Source: an uncultured Candidatus Entotheonella sp. (GTDB lineage Bacteria > Tectomicrobia > Entotheonellia > Entotheonellales > Entotheonellaceae). Taken from it: a DNA stretch of 64,000 nt. Below, in pieces: positions 1-11,638 of the stretch. The position numbers were made by a program, and so were the translations under genes. The stretch lies in NCBI GenBank assembly GCA_965217185.1, contig OZ244252.1:224001-288000 (forward strand), given 5' to 3'. Numbering within the stretch: position 1 is the stretch's first letter; each line of letters starts with the position of its first letter. Below the pieces are notes generated by a model. That model was given only the letters and a program-made list of their open reading frames with translations, did not search any database and had not been told where the DNA came from.

Positions 1-1255
1 TGCCAACGGCGTGCGCATGGGGCTCTTCGCCTGGTGGGTGCGGCGCATGCAGACCAGCGAGAGCCCGTGGTGGTACCGCCTGCTGCTGCCCGCCTGCGCG
101 TTCGTTGCGCTGGATTTTGTCTTTCCGCGCGTGTTTCCCTGGTACCTCGGCTTTTTGCAATACCCGGCCTTGCCGCTCATCCAAGTCGCTGATCTGACCG
201 GCATTCACGGCGTCACTTTTATTCTCGTGCTGTGCAGCATTGGCGGCGCCGCGTTCGTGTCGGTTCGGCAGTCGCCGGCGGGCGCCGGGCGTTACCGGAT
301 GGCCGTGGCGGTGGGATGCGTGCTCTTGCTGCAGGTCGGCTACGGCCTGTGGCGCATGCCGCAGGTGGCTGCGGCGATGCAACAGGCCGAGAGCCTGCGG
401 GTGGTGCTGGTGCAGCCGAACCTTGGCATTGACGAAAACCGGAACGGTCCCAAGCCCAAGGAGCGCCTGCAATTGCTGGCGGACCTGAGCGAGGCGACCC
501 TGGCGCAAGAGCCGGATTTGGTCATCTGGCCGGAGAGCGCCTATCCCTATGCGCTGACAACCCAGGAGCCGTTCCTGTACCTGCCGAAGGGGGTGACGAA
601 CGACGTCCCCTGGCTGGTCGGTGGGATGGCCTACGAGGGTCAGGACGATGCGCGGCAGTTGTTCAATTCCACTTGGCTGGTGGCGTCCGGGCAGCAGATT
701 GTCGGTCGCTACGATAAGCACGTCTTGCTCGCCTTTGGTGAATACGTGCCCATGCAGCGTTACCTGCCGTTCCTCGGGCGCATCTCGCCGGCAATCGGCA
801 ATTTCACCCCCGGCGAGGGGTCGCGCCTCTTGGCCCTGCCGGGCGGTGTATCCATCGGCCCGTTGATCTGTTACGAGGACATCATGCCGCAACCGGCCCG
901 GCTGGCGGCGCGCCAAGGTGCTCGGGTGCTGGTGAACCTGACGAACGACATGTGGTTCGGGCCGACCCGCGCACCGTACCAGCATCGCAATGCGGCGGCC
1001 TTCCGGGCGGTGGAAAATCGGCGCTCGCTGGTGCGGGTAACCAATACGGGGGTGACGTCCATCATCGACGCCCTGGGACGCGAGCAGTCGGCATTGCCCA
1101 TCTACCAGCGCGGCACCCTGGTGGATGACGTGGCGGCGTTGCGGATGTCCACCGTCTACCAGCGTTTTGGGGATTGGTTTGCCTGGCTTTGTTGTCTGGC
1201 GGCGGTTGGGCTGCCGGGATGGCAGTTCGTCCGGCGGGGCGTCGGACGCCGTTAA
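1..1255 (+). CDS. lnt: Apolipoprotein N-acyltransferase (5' truncated by window edge)
   Basis: Frame is open from the window start. TM helices plus CN-hydrolase motifs VIWPES, YDKHVLLAFGEYVP, ICYED, TNDMWFG, RAVENRR. Confidence 0.93.
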   Translation, partial: ANGVRMGLFAWWVRRMQTSESPWWYRLLLPACAFVALDFVFPRVFPWYLGFLQYPALPLIQVADLTGIHGVTFILVLCSIGGAAFVSVRQSPAGAGRYRMAVAVGCVLLLQVGYGLWRMPQVAAAMQQAESLRVVLVQPNLGIDENRNGPKPKERLQLLADLSEATLAQEPDLVIWPESAYPYALTTQEPFLYLPKGVTNDVPWLVGGMAYEGQDDARQLFNSTWLVASGQQIVGRYDKHVLLAFGEYVPMQRYLPFLGRISPAIGNFTPGEGSRLLALPGGVSIGPLICYEDIMPQPARLAARQGARVLVNLTNDMWFGPTRAPYQHRNAAAFRAVENRRSLVRVTNTGVTSIIDALGREQSALPIYQRGTLVDDVAALRMSTVYQRFGDWFAWLCCLAAVGLPGWQFVRRGVGRR

Positions 1256-1295
1256 AGGGAGAAGAGCAGGCCGGGCACCTGCTCTTCCACGGGGG

Positions 1296-1583
1296 TCATT
1301 CGGGGCGTAATTCGTCTACCTTGGCTCGGGCGGCGTCTTTATCCTTGAACCAGTCGGCGTTTATGGGTGTGTAGTCCTTCCACTCGTCCGGCACGTCCTC
1401 TTCCGTAAAAATGGCCTCTACCGGGCACTCGGGTTCGCAGGCACCGCAGTCAATACACTCGTCCGGTTCAATGTACAGCATGCGGTCTTTGCCTTCCTCG
1501 AAATGAATGCAGTCCACGGGACAGACATCCACGCAGGCTTGATCCATGACGTCGATGCACGGGTCGGCGATTATATAAGTCAT
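1296..1583 (-). CDS. Dicluster (7Fe/8Fe-type) ferredoxin
   Basis: [26 protein letters not shown]...[24 protein letters not shown]-like motifs precede the ATG at 1583, which is preferred over the longer track start. Confidence 0.93.
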   Translation of the reverse strand: MTYIIADPCIDVMDQACVDVCPVDCIHFEEGKDRMLYIEPDECIDCGACEPECPVEAIFTEEDVPDEWKDYTPINADWFKDKDAARAKVDELRPE

Positions 1584-1672
1584 TTCCTCAAATCCTCCAT
1601 TTCCGGCTATGAAACGTTGACACGCACAGGTGTCGTCGTTGTGCGTCAACTACGGCTGCTTCAGGCTGCATA

Positions 1673-1702
1673 AAGATACCTTAACTGTATAAATTCTGGC
1701 AA
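1673..1702 (-). promoter_or_regulatory. Putative sigma70 promoter of the ferredoxin gene
   Basis: Minus strand TTGCCA-N18-TATCTT in an AT-rich patch. Confidence 0.35.
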
Positions 1703-1828
1703 GGCTGATACGGCGCGACGACAGGCTGAAAACGTGGGCGCGTTGAGAGACCCCGGAAAGTAGACTACACTTCCGCCACGGCTTACCATGGAACAGGAAA
1801 TTCTGCTGCTTTACTCGGGTTTGGTGCG

Positions 1829-2251
1829 ATGATGCAGACAAGACTGTACAAACCGATGTTGGCGTGGCTGTGCCTGCTTATGGCGATAGTCATGGGTGCA
1901 TGTTCGCAGGGTGAGAGCGATGCGCCGGAGATGCTGCCGCAGGAACTCACGGCGCGCATGGCGTCTGAGACGACGCCCGTGGTTCTGGACGTGCGGACAC
2001 CGCAGGAGTACGCAGCAGGGCACGTGCCCGGCGCCATCAACGTGCCGCACAAGGCGTTGGCCGGCCGGCTGTCGGAAGTGCTCGGTTTCCGCGACCGGGA
2101 GGTGGTGCTGTATTGCGAACGCGGCAAGCGTTCGGAGATGGCGCGAGCGGTGCTTCTTGAGGCGGGCTTTACATCGACTCAGCTCCTGCAGGGCCACATG
2201 GTCGAATGGCGCCGCCAGCGGCTGCCCGAGAATAGGGGCACAGACCCATAA
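1829..2251 (+). CDS. Rhodanese-like lipoprotein
   Basis: Signal peptide with MGAC lipobox; LDVRTPQEY, GHVPGAINVP and the YCERGKRS active loop. Confidence 0.88.
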   Translation: MMQTRLYKPMLAWLCLLMAIVMGACSQGESDAPEMLPQELTARMASETTPVVLDVRTPQEYAAGHVPGAINVPHKALAGRLSEVLGFRDREVVLYCERGKRSEMARAVLLEAGFTSTQLLQGHMVEWRRQRLPENRGTDP

Positions 2252-2264
2252 CAGGGGGCACGGT

Positions 2265-3080
2265 GTGACGGACGCGAACGGATTGGCGCAAAACGTGATC
2301 GCCGTAGCCAGCGGCAAGGGCGGCGTGGGCAAGTCGACAGTCGCCGTCAACTTGGCGGTCAGTCTCGCCGCCGAGGGGGCCGAGGTCGGGTTGTTGGATG
2401 CCGACATTCACGGTCCCAACATCCCGATCATGATGGGCATCCGCGAGCAACCCCGCCTGGGTCAGGACCGCAAGATGGTGCCGCTGGAGCGGCATGGGGT
2501 CAAGCTGATGTCGGTAGGCTTCATGGGCGGAAGTTCCAAGCCGGTCATCTGGCGCGGCCCGCTGGTGGGTCGCATGATCAAGCAATTCCTGTACAACGTC
2601 GACTGGGGAGATCTGGACTACCTGTTCATCGATCTGCCCCCCGGCACCGGCGACGCGCAGCTGACGCTGACCCAGTCGGTCGCCCTTACCGGTGGCATCA
2701 TCGTCTCGACGCCGCAAGACGTGGCGTTGCAGGATGCCTTGCGGGGCATGGACATGTTTCTGAAAGTCGAGGTGCCGATCCTCGGGCTCATCGAGAACAT
2801 GAGCTACTTTCTATGCCCGCACTGCCACGAGCGCAGCGACATTTTCTCCCACGGCGGCACCCGTGACGCCGCCGAAACCCGTCGGGTGCCCTTTCTTGGC
2901 GCCCTGCCGCTGGATACCAAAATCCGCCAAGGCGGCGACCTCGGCGTTCCGATCGTGGTGTCGGAAGCGGACTCCAGCCACGCGGACTGCTTCCGCAGCA
3001 TGTGCCGGGAACTGCAAGCCAGCATCGAAAAGAACCGCGCCAAGCAATCCCTCCGCGCCCTTCAAATCGACCAGGACTGA
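2265..3080 (+). CDS. apbC: Mrp/NBP35 (ApbC) Fe-S carrier ATPase
   Basis: VASGKGGVGKST, DADIHGP, WRGP, DLPPGTGD, ENMS..CPHC. GTG start at 2265 after AGGGGG. Confidence 0.92.
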   Translation: MTDANGLAQNVIAVASGKGGVGKSTVAVNLAVSLAAEGAEVGLLDADIHGPNIPIMMGIREQPRLGQDRKMVPLERHGVKLMSVGFMGGSSKPVIWRGPLVGRMIKQFLYNVDWGDLDYLFIDLPPGTGDAQLTLTQSVALTGGIIVSTPQDVALQDALRGMDMFLKVEVPILGLIENMSYFLCPHCHERSDIFSHGGTRDAAETRRVPFLGALPLDTKIRQGGDLGVPIVVSEADSSHADCFRSMCRELQASIEKNRAKQSLRALQIDQD

Positions 3081-3099
3081 CAGGGCCGCCTCTCCTCCA

Positions 3100-4920
<1,821 letters not shown>

Positions 4921-5026
4921 GACTCTCCTTGAACAGCACGTTGAAAGAAAAACTCACTCCCTCTACGACACGGTTGCCGTTTTACCCAAGAAGCCCGCAA
5001 TTATACAGAAACCGGGGACAAACACG

Positions 5027-6847
5027 ATGACCAAGGTATTGATTGTCGATGCGGACGAGCGGGCTGCCGCGGCGCTATGCACGATGCTGGTCGACGAAGT
5101 GGTCGAAACCCGGCGGGCCGCGAGCCCCACTGAGGCGCGGCAAGCGTTGCGGCAGGGGGCTTGTGACATCCTCATCGTCGCCTTGGGAACGACCCTGGAG
5201 CGGATGCAGGAAGGGCTGACGCTGTGCGCGCGGGTGAAGCAGCGCACCCCCGCCACGGTGGTGATCCTGGTGGCGACCGACCCGGCGGCGGAAACCGTGT
5301 TGCAGGCGCTGGGGGGCGGCATCGCTGATCATCTTGCCAGCGGCGATTCGGCCGCCGCGCAGGTGCGCGTCTTGGTGCGGCGTCTCATACGCCGGCAAGC
5401 GCAGCGGCAAGCGAAGATCGTCTGCACTATCGGACCGGCCAGCGAATCCCAGGAAAACTTGTCGCGGCTGATTGACGCCGGCATGGACGTTGCGCGGCTC
5501 AACTTCTCGCACGGCGATTGGGACTGGCACCGCTTGGTGTGCGCGCGCATTCGCCGCCTCGCCGACCACGTCGCCGTCATGGCCGATTTGCAAGGTCCCA
5601 AACTGCGCATCGGCCACATGCAGAACGATGCCGTCGTGCCCCTGAAGCGGGGGGCGACGTTTACGCTCACGTCACGGCCGGTGGCGGGTTCGGAGGACAT
5701 CGTGTCGCTCGACTACCCGGACCTGCCGCGCGACGTTGCCGCCGGCGACACCCTGTACCTTGATGACGGCCTGATCGAGTTGCGCGTCTTGGAAGTACGC
5801 GACGACACCGACATCGTGTGCCAGGTGCTGACGGGCGGACGGCTGAGCAGCCGCAAGGGCATCCACGCGCCGCGTGCCATCCTGGGCATGCAGGTGCCGA
5901 CCGCCAAGGACCGGCAGGACATCGAGCTGGCCGTCGAATTGGACGTAGACTTCCTGGCCGTTTCCTTCGTTGCCGAGGCCGAGGACGTGCGTCAGGTGCG
6001 CGCCGCGGTGCAGCAGGCGGCAGGTGGGGCGGAAATGCCGCTCATCAGCAAGATCGAGCGCGAGATCGCCCTGGAGAATTTCAATCGCATTCTGGAGGTG
6101 TCCGACGGCATCATGGTGGCGCGCGGCGACCTGGCGGTGAACATTCCCGCCGAGGACGTGCCGAGGCACCAGAAAGCCATGATTCGCGCCTGCAACCAGC
6201 AGGGCAAGCCGGTGATCTGCGCCACCCAGATGCTGGAAAGCATGTGCGCCTATCCGCTGCCGACGCGCGCCGAAGTGAGCGACGTGTTCAACGCCATTCT
6301 GGACGGCGCCGATGCCGTCATGCTGTCAGCCGAAAGTGCCGCCGGCGACTACCCCATCGAGGCCGTCGGGATGATGGCGCGCATCGTGCGTAGCGCCGAG
6401 CGCACCCTGCCGCAATTCAACCCCGCCGCCGAGAGCGTACTGCCGGATCAGACCCCGGCGATCATCAGCCACGGCATCTCGACGATGATCGAGCGCTTTA
6501 ACCGGCACAGCGGTCACATTACCGCCATCCTGGCCGTCACCCGCTCCGGCCACACCGCCCGCATGCTGGCCCGCTACCGCCCCGGCGTGCCGATCATCGC
6601 CGCCACCAGTTCACGGCGGGTGTCGCGTCAGTTTCTGTTGTCGCGCGGCATCACGCCGATGCGCCTCGAAGACGAGTTGCCCGACCCGACCGTCGCCCAT
6701 GCCGCCATCATCCAGGCTGTGCAAGAGCGCCTGCTCTCCGAGGACGATACCGTGCTGGCCGTCTCGGGCTCGGGCTGGGCGCCGCGGTTCCACACCAACA
6801 TTCTGGGTTTGTTCGCGGTGCGTGACATCCTTGATAGCCGTTGCTAA
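5027..6847 (+). CDS. pyk: Pyruvate kinase with N-terminal receiver-like domain
   Basis: KIVCTIGPAS, ARLNFSHG, DLQGPKLR, SKIE, MVARGDL, ATQMLESM, PTRAEVSD. The first ~125 aa follow a REC pattern (KVLIVD...CDILIVAL...VILVAT). Confidence 0.93.
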   Translation: MTKVLIVDADERAAAALCTMLVDEVVETRRAASPTEARQALRQGACDILIVALGTTLERMQEGLTLCARVKQRTPATVVILVATDPAAETVLQALGGGIADHLASGDSAAAQVRVLVRRLIRRQAQRQAKIVCTIGPASESQENLSRLIDAGMDVARLNFSHGDWDWHRLVCARIRRLADHVAVMADLQGPKLRIGHMQNDAVVPLKRGATFTLTSRPVAGSEDIVSLDYPDLPRDVAAGDTLYLDDGLIELRVLEVRDDTDIVCQVLTGGRLSSRKGIHAPRAILGMQVPTAKDRQDIELAVELDVDFLAVSFVAEAEDVRQVRAAVQQAAGGAEMPLISKIEREIALENFNRILEVSDGIMVARGDLAVNIPAEDVPRHQKAMIRACNQQGKPVICATQMLESMCAYPLPTRAEVSDVFNAILDGADAVMLSAESAAGDYPIEAVGMMARIVRSAERTLPQFNPAAESVLPDQTPAIISHGISTMIERFNRHSGHITAILAVTRSGHTARMLARYRPGVPIIAATSSRRVSRQFLLSRGITPMRLEDELPDPTVAHAAIIQAVQERLLSEDDTVLAVSGSGWAPRFHTNILGLFAVRDILDSRC

Positions 6848-6934
6848 CATGCCCGCCCCCTGTGTTGCCCCTCGACGTAATCTCACCTGACAGTCCCGTT
6901 AGGCATATCCATCACATCATGTAAGGAGAAAACC

Positions 6935-7744
6935 GTGGGAGTTCTGGATGGCAAAGTGGCCATTGTCACCGGCGCCGGACGCTTGCGCGGTATCGGCCGG
7001 GCGACGGCCGTGGCGCTGGCGGAAATGGGGGCCGACGTGGCCGTGACCGGCACCGGGCGGCATCCCGACACCTTTCCCGATGACGAGAAGGCGGTGAATT
7101 GGCGCGACGTGCACAGCACGGTGGAGCAAATCGCCGCCGCCGGCAGCCGCGGCCTGGCGCTGATCGGTGACATCAGCAGCGCCGATGACGTGCAAGGCTT
7201 TGTACGTCAAACGCGCGAGGCGTGGGGCCGGGTGGACATCGTGATCAATAACGCCGCGGTGGCGCGGGGCGAAGACCGCGTGCCGGTCGTGGAACTCAGC
7301 GAGGAGCTGTTCCGGCGTGTCCTGGAGGTCAAGGTCGTCGGGTCGTTCCTGCTGTGCAAGGCCGTCATCCCGGTTCTGTTGGAGCAGAACGAGGGCGGCC
7401 GCATCATCAACATTTCGTCGGTGGCGGGCAAGCGCGGCTCGGCCAACACTTCGGCGTATTGCGCGTCCAACTTCGCGTTGCAGGGGTTCACGCAGTCGTT
7501 GGCGCAGGAACTGGCGCCGCACCGCATCAGCGTCAACGCCGTTTGTCCGGGGATCATCGACACGGCCCGCATGGACGTTCTGGGGCGTGGCGAAACATGG
7601 CAGCGCAACGTCGACACCGTGCCCATGAAGCGCGCCGCCAGCGACGAGGAAGTAGCCGGGCTGATCGCCTACCTGTGCTCGCCGGTCGCCGAATACATTA
7701 CCGGGCAATCCATCAACATCGACGGCGGCCGGGTCATGTGGTAA
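6935..7744 (+). CDS. SDR family oxidoreductase
   Basis: TGAGRLRGIG, INNAA, NISS, YCASN (K of YxxxK replaced by N), VNAVCPG, ITGQSINIDGG. Confidence 0.9.
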   Translation: MGVLDGKVAIVTGAGRLRGIGRATAVALAEMGADVAVTGTGRHPDTFPDDEKAVNWRDVHSTVEQIAAAGSRGLALIGDISSADDVQGFVRQTREAWGRVDIVINNAAVARGEDRVPVVELSEELFRRVLEVKVVGSFLLCKAVIPVLLEQNEGGRIINISSVAGKRGSANTSAYCASNFALQGFTQSLAQELAPHRISVNAVCPGIIDTARMDVLGRGETWQRNVDTVPMKRAASDEEVAGLIAYLCSPVAEYITGQSINIDGGRVMW

Positions 7745-9340
7745 TCAGGCGCTCCCTCTGTAGCGCCGCAGGAACCACATGAGCGGCATGACAGCCAGGC
7801 AGATCATGGCCAGCACCAGAAAACAGTCCTGATACGCCGCCACCATGCCCTGCTGTGCCAAATGGCGGCCCAACAGGGCCCATGCCTTCATATCCGCCAT
7901 GGCGCCCACCTCGCCCGCGCGGCCCATCAGGTCCCAGGCCGGCGTCAGCACGTCGTGCCAAGCGAGCGACGAAGACGCCTGCTGCTGGTCCAGGGCTACC
8001 GTGTGATACGCCGAGCGGCGTTGCAGAACCGTGGTCATCAGCGCTACGCCGAGGGTGCCGCCGACGCCGTGCTGGATGAGCGTCAGGATGCCCGACCCCA
8101 TGCGTACCTTTTCGGGCGGCAGCAGCACCAGAGAGGCGGCGTTCAACGGCGTGAACACGAAGCCGATGGTGATGTAGCGCACCATGATCATCCACGTCAC
8201 CCAGCTCATCGGCTGGTCCAGGGTCAGGAAGGAAAAGCTGTAGGAGGCGAGGGCGAACAGGGCCAGGCCGGTCCAGATGATGTAGCGGCGGTCCAGTTTG
8301 TCGGCCAGCCGGCCCGCCAGCAGCGTGCTGATGCCCATGCTCAGGGCGCCGGGCAGTTGGACGAGGCCCGCCTGAGCCGGTGTGTAGCCCATGAGGCGTT
8401 GCAGCAGGATGGTCTGCAGGAAGCCGGTGCCCCAGAAAGCCATGGCGACGCCGAGGCCCGCCAGCGAGATGGCGGCAAAGGCTGGGTCTCGGTACAGGCT
8501 CACTTCCACCAGTGGCTCTTCCTTCCATAGCTCCAGAATCAAAAAGGCTACGAAGGCCAGCCCGCCGATGACGAACAGGCGCTGAATGATCGGGGCGTCC
8601 CAGCCGAGGCGCTGCCCCTGGCTCATGGCGCTTAGCAGGCAGACCAGGAACACCGCCAGGCTAATCAGGCCCGCCAGATCGAAGGAGCGTTTGACCGATT
8701 CGCGGGTGTTCGGGAGCACCAGCATGACCAGTAGCATACCGAGGATCCCCGGTATTATGTTGAACGAGAACACCATGCGCCAGCTCAGATACTCGGTCAC
8801 GTAGCCGCCCAGCACCGGCCCGAAGGCGGGGCCGAACGACACCCCCAGGCCATACAGCCCCATGGCCAGGCCGCGCTGCCGGGGCGGAAAGCTGCTGTTC
8901 AGGATCACCAGCGTCATGGGCATGATGGGGCCGCTGCCGATGCCTTGCAGCACCCGGAACAGAATCAGCGAGGTGCTGCTCCAGGCGAGGCTGCACAGGG
9001 CTGAGCCGCTGACGAACACCAGCAGACTGATCAGGAAGACGTTGCGATTGCCCAGCCGGTTGCCCAGCCAGCCGACGGTGGGAATGAGCACGGCGCCGGC
9101 GATCATGTAGGCTGTGACGATCCACTGCGCCTGGTCGAGGTTGAGGCCGAACGCCGTCATGATGGGCGGCAGCGCGACGCTCACCGTGGCGCTGCTCATG
9201 ACCACGATGAAGGCGCACAGCATAACCGTGAGCGCCACCCACCACTTGTAGGATGGCCGCTCGGGGGCGATAGTGAACAGGTGGCGCCAGGCACCCTCGG
9301 AGCGCTCGCGCATGGGCTCTACGAGCTGCGGAGATGCCAT
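7745..9340 (-). CDS. DHA2 (EmrB/QacA) MFS efflux transporter
   Basis: Multi-TM profile; ALPPIM, QWIVTAY, GWLGNRLG, FRVLQGIG, GPAFGPVLGG. Confidence 0.9.
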   Translation of the reverse strand: MASPQLVEPMRERSEGAWRHLFTIAPERPSYKWWVALTVMLCAFIVVMSSATVSVALPPIMTAFGLNLDQAQWIVTAYMIAGAVLIPTVGWLGNRLGNRNVFLISLLVFVSGSALCSLAWSSTSLILFRVLQGIGSGPIMPMTLVILNSSFPPRQRGLAMGLYGLGVSFGPAFGPVLGGYVTEYLSWRMVFSFNIIPGILGMLLVMLVLPNTRESVKRSFDLAGLISLAVFLVCLLSAMSQGQRLGWDAPIIQRLFVIGGLAFVAFLILELWKEEPLVEVSLYRDPAFAAISLAGLGVAMAFWGTGFLQTILLQRLMGYTPAQAGLVQLPGALSMGISTLLAGRLADKLDRRYIIWTGLALFALASYSFSFLTLDQPMSWVTWMIMVRYITIGFVFTPLNAASLVLLPPEKVRMGSGILTLIQHGVGGTLGVALMTTVLQRRSAYHTVALDQQQASSSLAWHDVLTPAWDLMGRAGEVGAMADMKAWALLGRHLAQQGMVAAYQDCFLVLAMICLAVMPLMWFLRRYRGSA

Positions 9341-9488
9341 GTGGCTCCTGATCCTTTTGGTGGGGTGAGACGATGCGCTGGAGAAGTGCTATAAGGAATA
9401 GCCCGCTTCAGGGAATACGGGCAGATTACACCGCAGCAGACGGCGATGCAAAACGGGCGTCAGCACGACGCATACAAAGGAGGCAGGC

Positions 9489-10208
9489 ATGCCGCAGACA
9501 AATCGCGTGAAGGCGGCCATGAAAGAAGGCCGCATGGCCTACGGCTACAACTTGGCCTTTCCGGCCCCGTGGGTGGTGGACATCCTCGGCAAGCAGCCCT
9601 TCGACTTCGTATGGCTCGACGGCGAGCACGGGCCGTTCGGGCTGGAGCAACTGGAGCACCTATGCCGCGCCGCCGAGGCGGTGGGGGTGACGCCCATCGC
9701 GCGCGTGCCGGACATCAAGGCTTCCACCATTCTGCGCTTCCTCGACCGCGGCATACAGGGCGTTCTCGGTCCCCACATTGCCAGCGCGGCGGACGCCGAG
9801 GAACTGGTGCGGTCTTGCTACTTCGGGCCGCTCGGCGACCGCTCGTTCGGCGGCAATCGCGGCACCGATTACAACCAGGGCATCGACGACAAGGCGGCGT
9901 ATTACCGGACCGCCAACGACAACATGCTGGTCGGCGCCCTGCTGGAGGACGCCAGCGTCGTGGACAACCTCGACGAGATTCTGGCGGTGGACGGCATCGA
10001 CTATTTCGGCATTGGGCCCAACGATTTCGCGCAGAGCCTGGGTTATCCGGGAGAGCCCGGCCATCCGCAGGTGCGCAAAGTCATGGCCGAGTTGACGGCG
10101 CGTATTCGCGGTGCTGGGAAGCACGTGACGGACGATATCATGTCATCCGCGTGGGTGAGCGCCTTGCTCGCCGAGGGTGCCCAGCGATTTCTGAGGGATC
10201 AGGAATAA
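9489..10208 (+). CDS. HpcH/HpaI aldolase family protein
   Basis: FDFVWLDGEHGP, ARVP, LDRG, IGPNDFAQSLG. AAGGAGG RBS. Confidence 0.88.
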   Translation: MPQTNRVKAAMKEGRMAYGYNLAFPAPWVVDILGKQPFDFVWLDGEHGPFGLEQLEHLCRAAEAVGVTPIARVPDIKASTILRFLDRGIQGVLGPHIASAADAEELVRSCYFGPLGDRSFGGNRGTDYNQGIDDKAAYYRTANDNMLVGALLEDASVVDNLDEILAVDGIDYFGIGPNDFAQSLGYPGEPGHPQVRKVMAELTARIRGAGKHVTDDIMSSAWVSALLAEGAQRFLRDQE

Positions 10209-10259
10209 CGGGCACGGTTGACGCAGGCGCGACGACGCCATCCGAAAGGGCACACTGCC

Positions 10260-10691
10260 ATGCAGCAGCCGACCGTGGTTGCAGTTATTGACGATCTTTT
10301 CTTTCAGGCCAAGGTGCGCACCGCCTTGCAGCATCTGGGGCTTGCCGCCGACATCGTTCCCAACGGTGGGCGCCTGCAGACCCGTTTACAGGGGGGCGAC
10401 GCACCGGCCTTGGTGATCGTCGACTTGACGCTGCGCAGCGACGACGCGACTTCCCTCATTCGGAACCTGCGGGCCACGGAACACGGACGCTCGGTGCCTA
10501 TACTGGCCTTTGGCTCGCACGTTGCGGTTGAGGTGCAGAAGCAGGCGCTTCAGGCCGGTGCGAGCCAAGTGGTGGCCAAGTCGACATTTGCCAAACGACT
10601 GCCGCAATTGGTGCGCCAATTTGTGCCCGGCGGTGCCGAAGGGGACGCTGCTCCTGCGCCGCCGGAAGAGGGGCGGGACAAGGCTTGCTAG
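10260..10691 (+). CDS. Single-domain response regulator receiver protein
   Basis: VIDDLFF...VIVDL...AFGSH...VVAKS receiver pattern with no output domain. Confidence 0.75.
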   Translation: MQQPTVVAVIDDLFFQAKVRTALQHLGLAADIVPNGGRLQTRLQGGDAPALVIVDLTLRSDDATSLIRNLRATEHGRSVPILAFGSHVAVEVQKQALQAGASQVVAKSTFAKRLPQLVRQFVPGGAEGDAAPAPPEEGRDKAC

Positions 10692-10701
10692 ACCGAGGCG
10701 C

Positions 10702-10730
10702 TTGACACCTCTCCGGCGCCCTGTTACAAG
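10702..10730 (+). promoter_or_regulatory. Putative sigma70 promoter of the cold-shock gene
   Basis: TTGACA (10702-10707), 17-nt spacer ending in TGn, then TACAAG. Confidence 0.5.
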
Positions 10731-10789
10731 GTGCCCGTGCTGGCCGGGAGGCACCGGATTGACAACGTCATGGAAGGAGGACGGGGTTC

Positions 10790-10990
10790 ATGGCAGTCGG
10801 GAAGGTCAAGTGGTTTAACGACAAAAAAGGCTTCGGTTTCATCGAACAACCCAACGGGGAAGACATATTCGTCCACTTTTCAGTGATTGAAGGCGACGGC
10901 TTCAAGTCGCTCGACGAAGGCCAAGAGGTGGAATACGAGGCGGTGCAGGGGCCGAAGGGCTTGCAGGCCGCCCGCGTCGTCAAGCGGTGA
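10790..10990 (+). CDS. csp: Cold-shock protein (CspA family)
   Basis: [29 protein letters not shown]. Confidence 0.97.
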   Translation: MAVGKVKWFNDKKGFGFIEQPNGEDIFVHFSVIEGDGFKSLDEGQEVEYEAVQGPKGLQAARVVKR

Positions 10991-11053
10991 TACGATGACT
11001 TCCAGGCGCGGCCTCAACCCGCCTCGGGCTAGCAAGCTTTGCCCCACCCGCCG

Positions 11054-11638
11054 TCAGGCGGGCAGGGTTTCCAGCAGATCAAGGAACTGTTTCAGGATTT
11101 TCCCCGTGGTTCCCCAGATTACGTGGTCCTGATACTCAAAGAAAATACTCCGTACCTCACGCCCCTCAAAATCGCGGCGTTCCTCCCCGCGTGGGTTGTG
11201 CTGACGCAGGAAACGCAGCGGCACTTCGACAATCGAGGCGGTTTCTCGCCGATCAACCATGAATGGATATGGATACGGGATGGTGCCGACGAAGGGTCGC
11301 ACCAGGTAATTGCTGTTGCTGGTCAGCAGGTCGTCGAGTTGGCCGAGTACCCGCACGTGCGCCGTTTGCAGGCCGATTTCCTCCTGGCTCTCGCGCAGGG
11401 CCGTTTGCCGCAGCGTGCCGTCTTGCGTTTCGTAGCCGCCGCCCGGGAAGGACATCTGCCCGCGGTGATGCGGAACGGTTTTCGAGCGTTTGGTGAAGAC
11501 GACGCCATAGTCGCCGTTATGGCGGTACAGCGGCAACAAAACGGCTGCCAAACGACGCCCCGGCACGGTGAGTTCCCGGCCGGGTCGGGCCTTCAACAGG
11601 CATTGGATGCGCCCTTCCAGGGGTGCCCGCGTCGTCAT
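11054..11638 (-). CDS. Nudix CoA pyrophosphatase (NudL-like)
   Basis: AAVLLPL, FTKRS, HRGQMSFPGG...TALRESQEEIGL, VIWGTT. Confidence 0.9.
   Translation of the reverse strand: MTTRAPLEGRIQCLLKARPGRELTVPGRRLAAVLLPLYRHNGDYGVVFTKRSKTVPHHRGQMSFPGGGYETQDGTLRQTALRESQEEIGLQTAHVRVLGQLDDLLTSNSNYLVRPFVGTIPYPYPFMVDRRETASIVEVPLRFLRQHNPRGEERRDFEGREVRSIFFEYQDHVIWGTTGKILKQFLDLLETLPA

Noticed and set aside
1896..2264. N-terminal extension of the Mrp ORF, or a rhodanese-Mrp fusion
   Set aside because: The extension is an Arg-rich alternative frame over the rhodanese gene. Mrp homology starts near the GTG at 2265, which has its own RBS.
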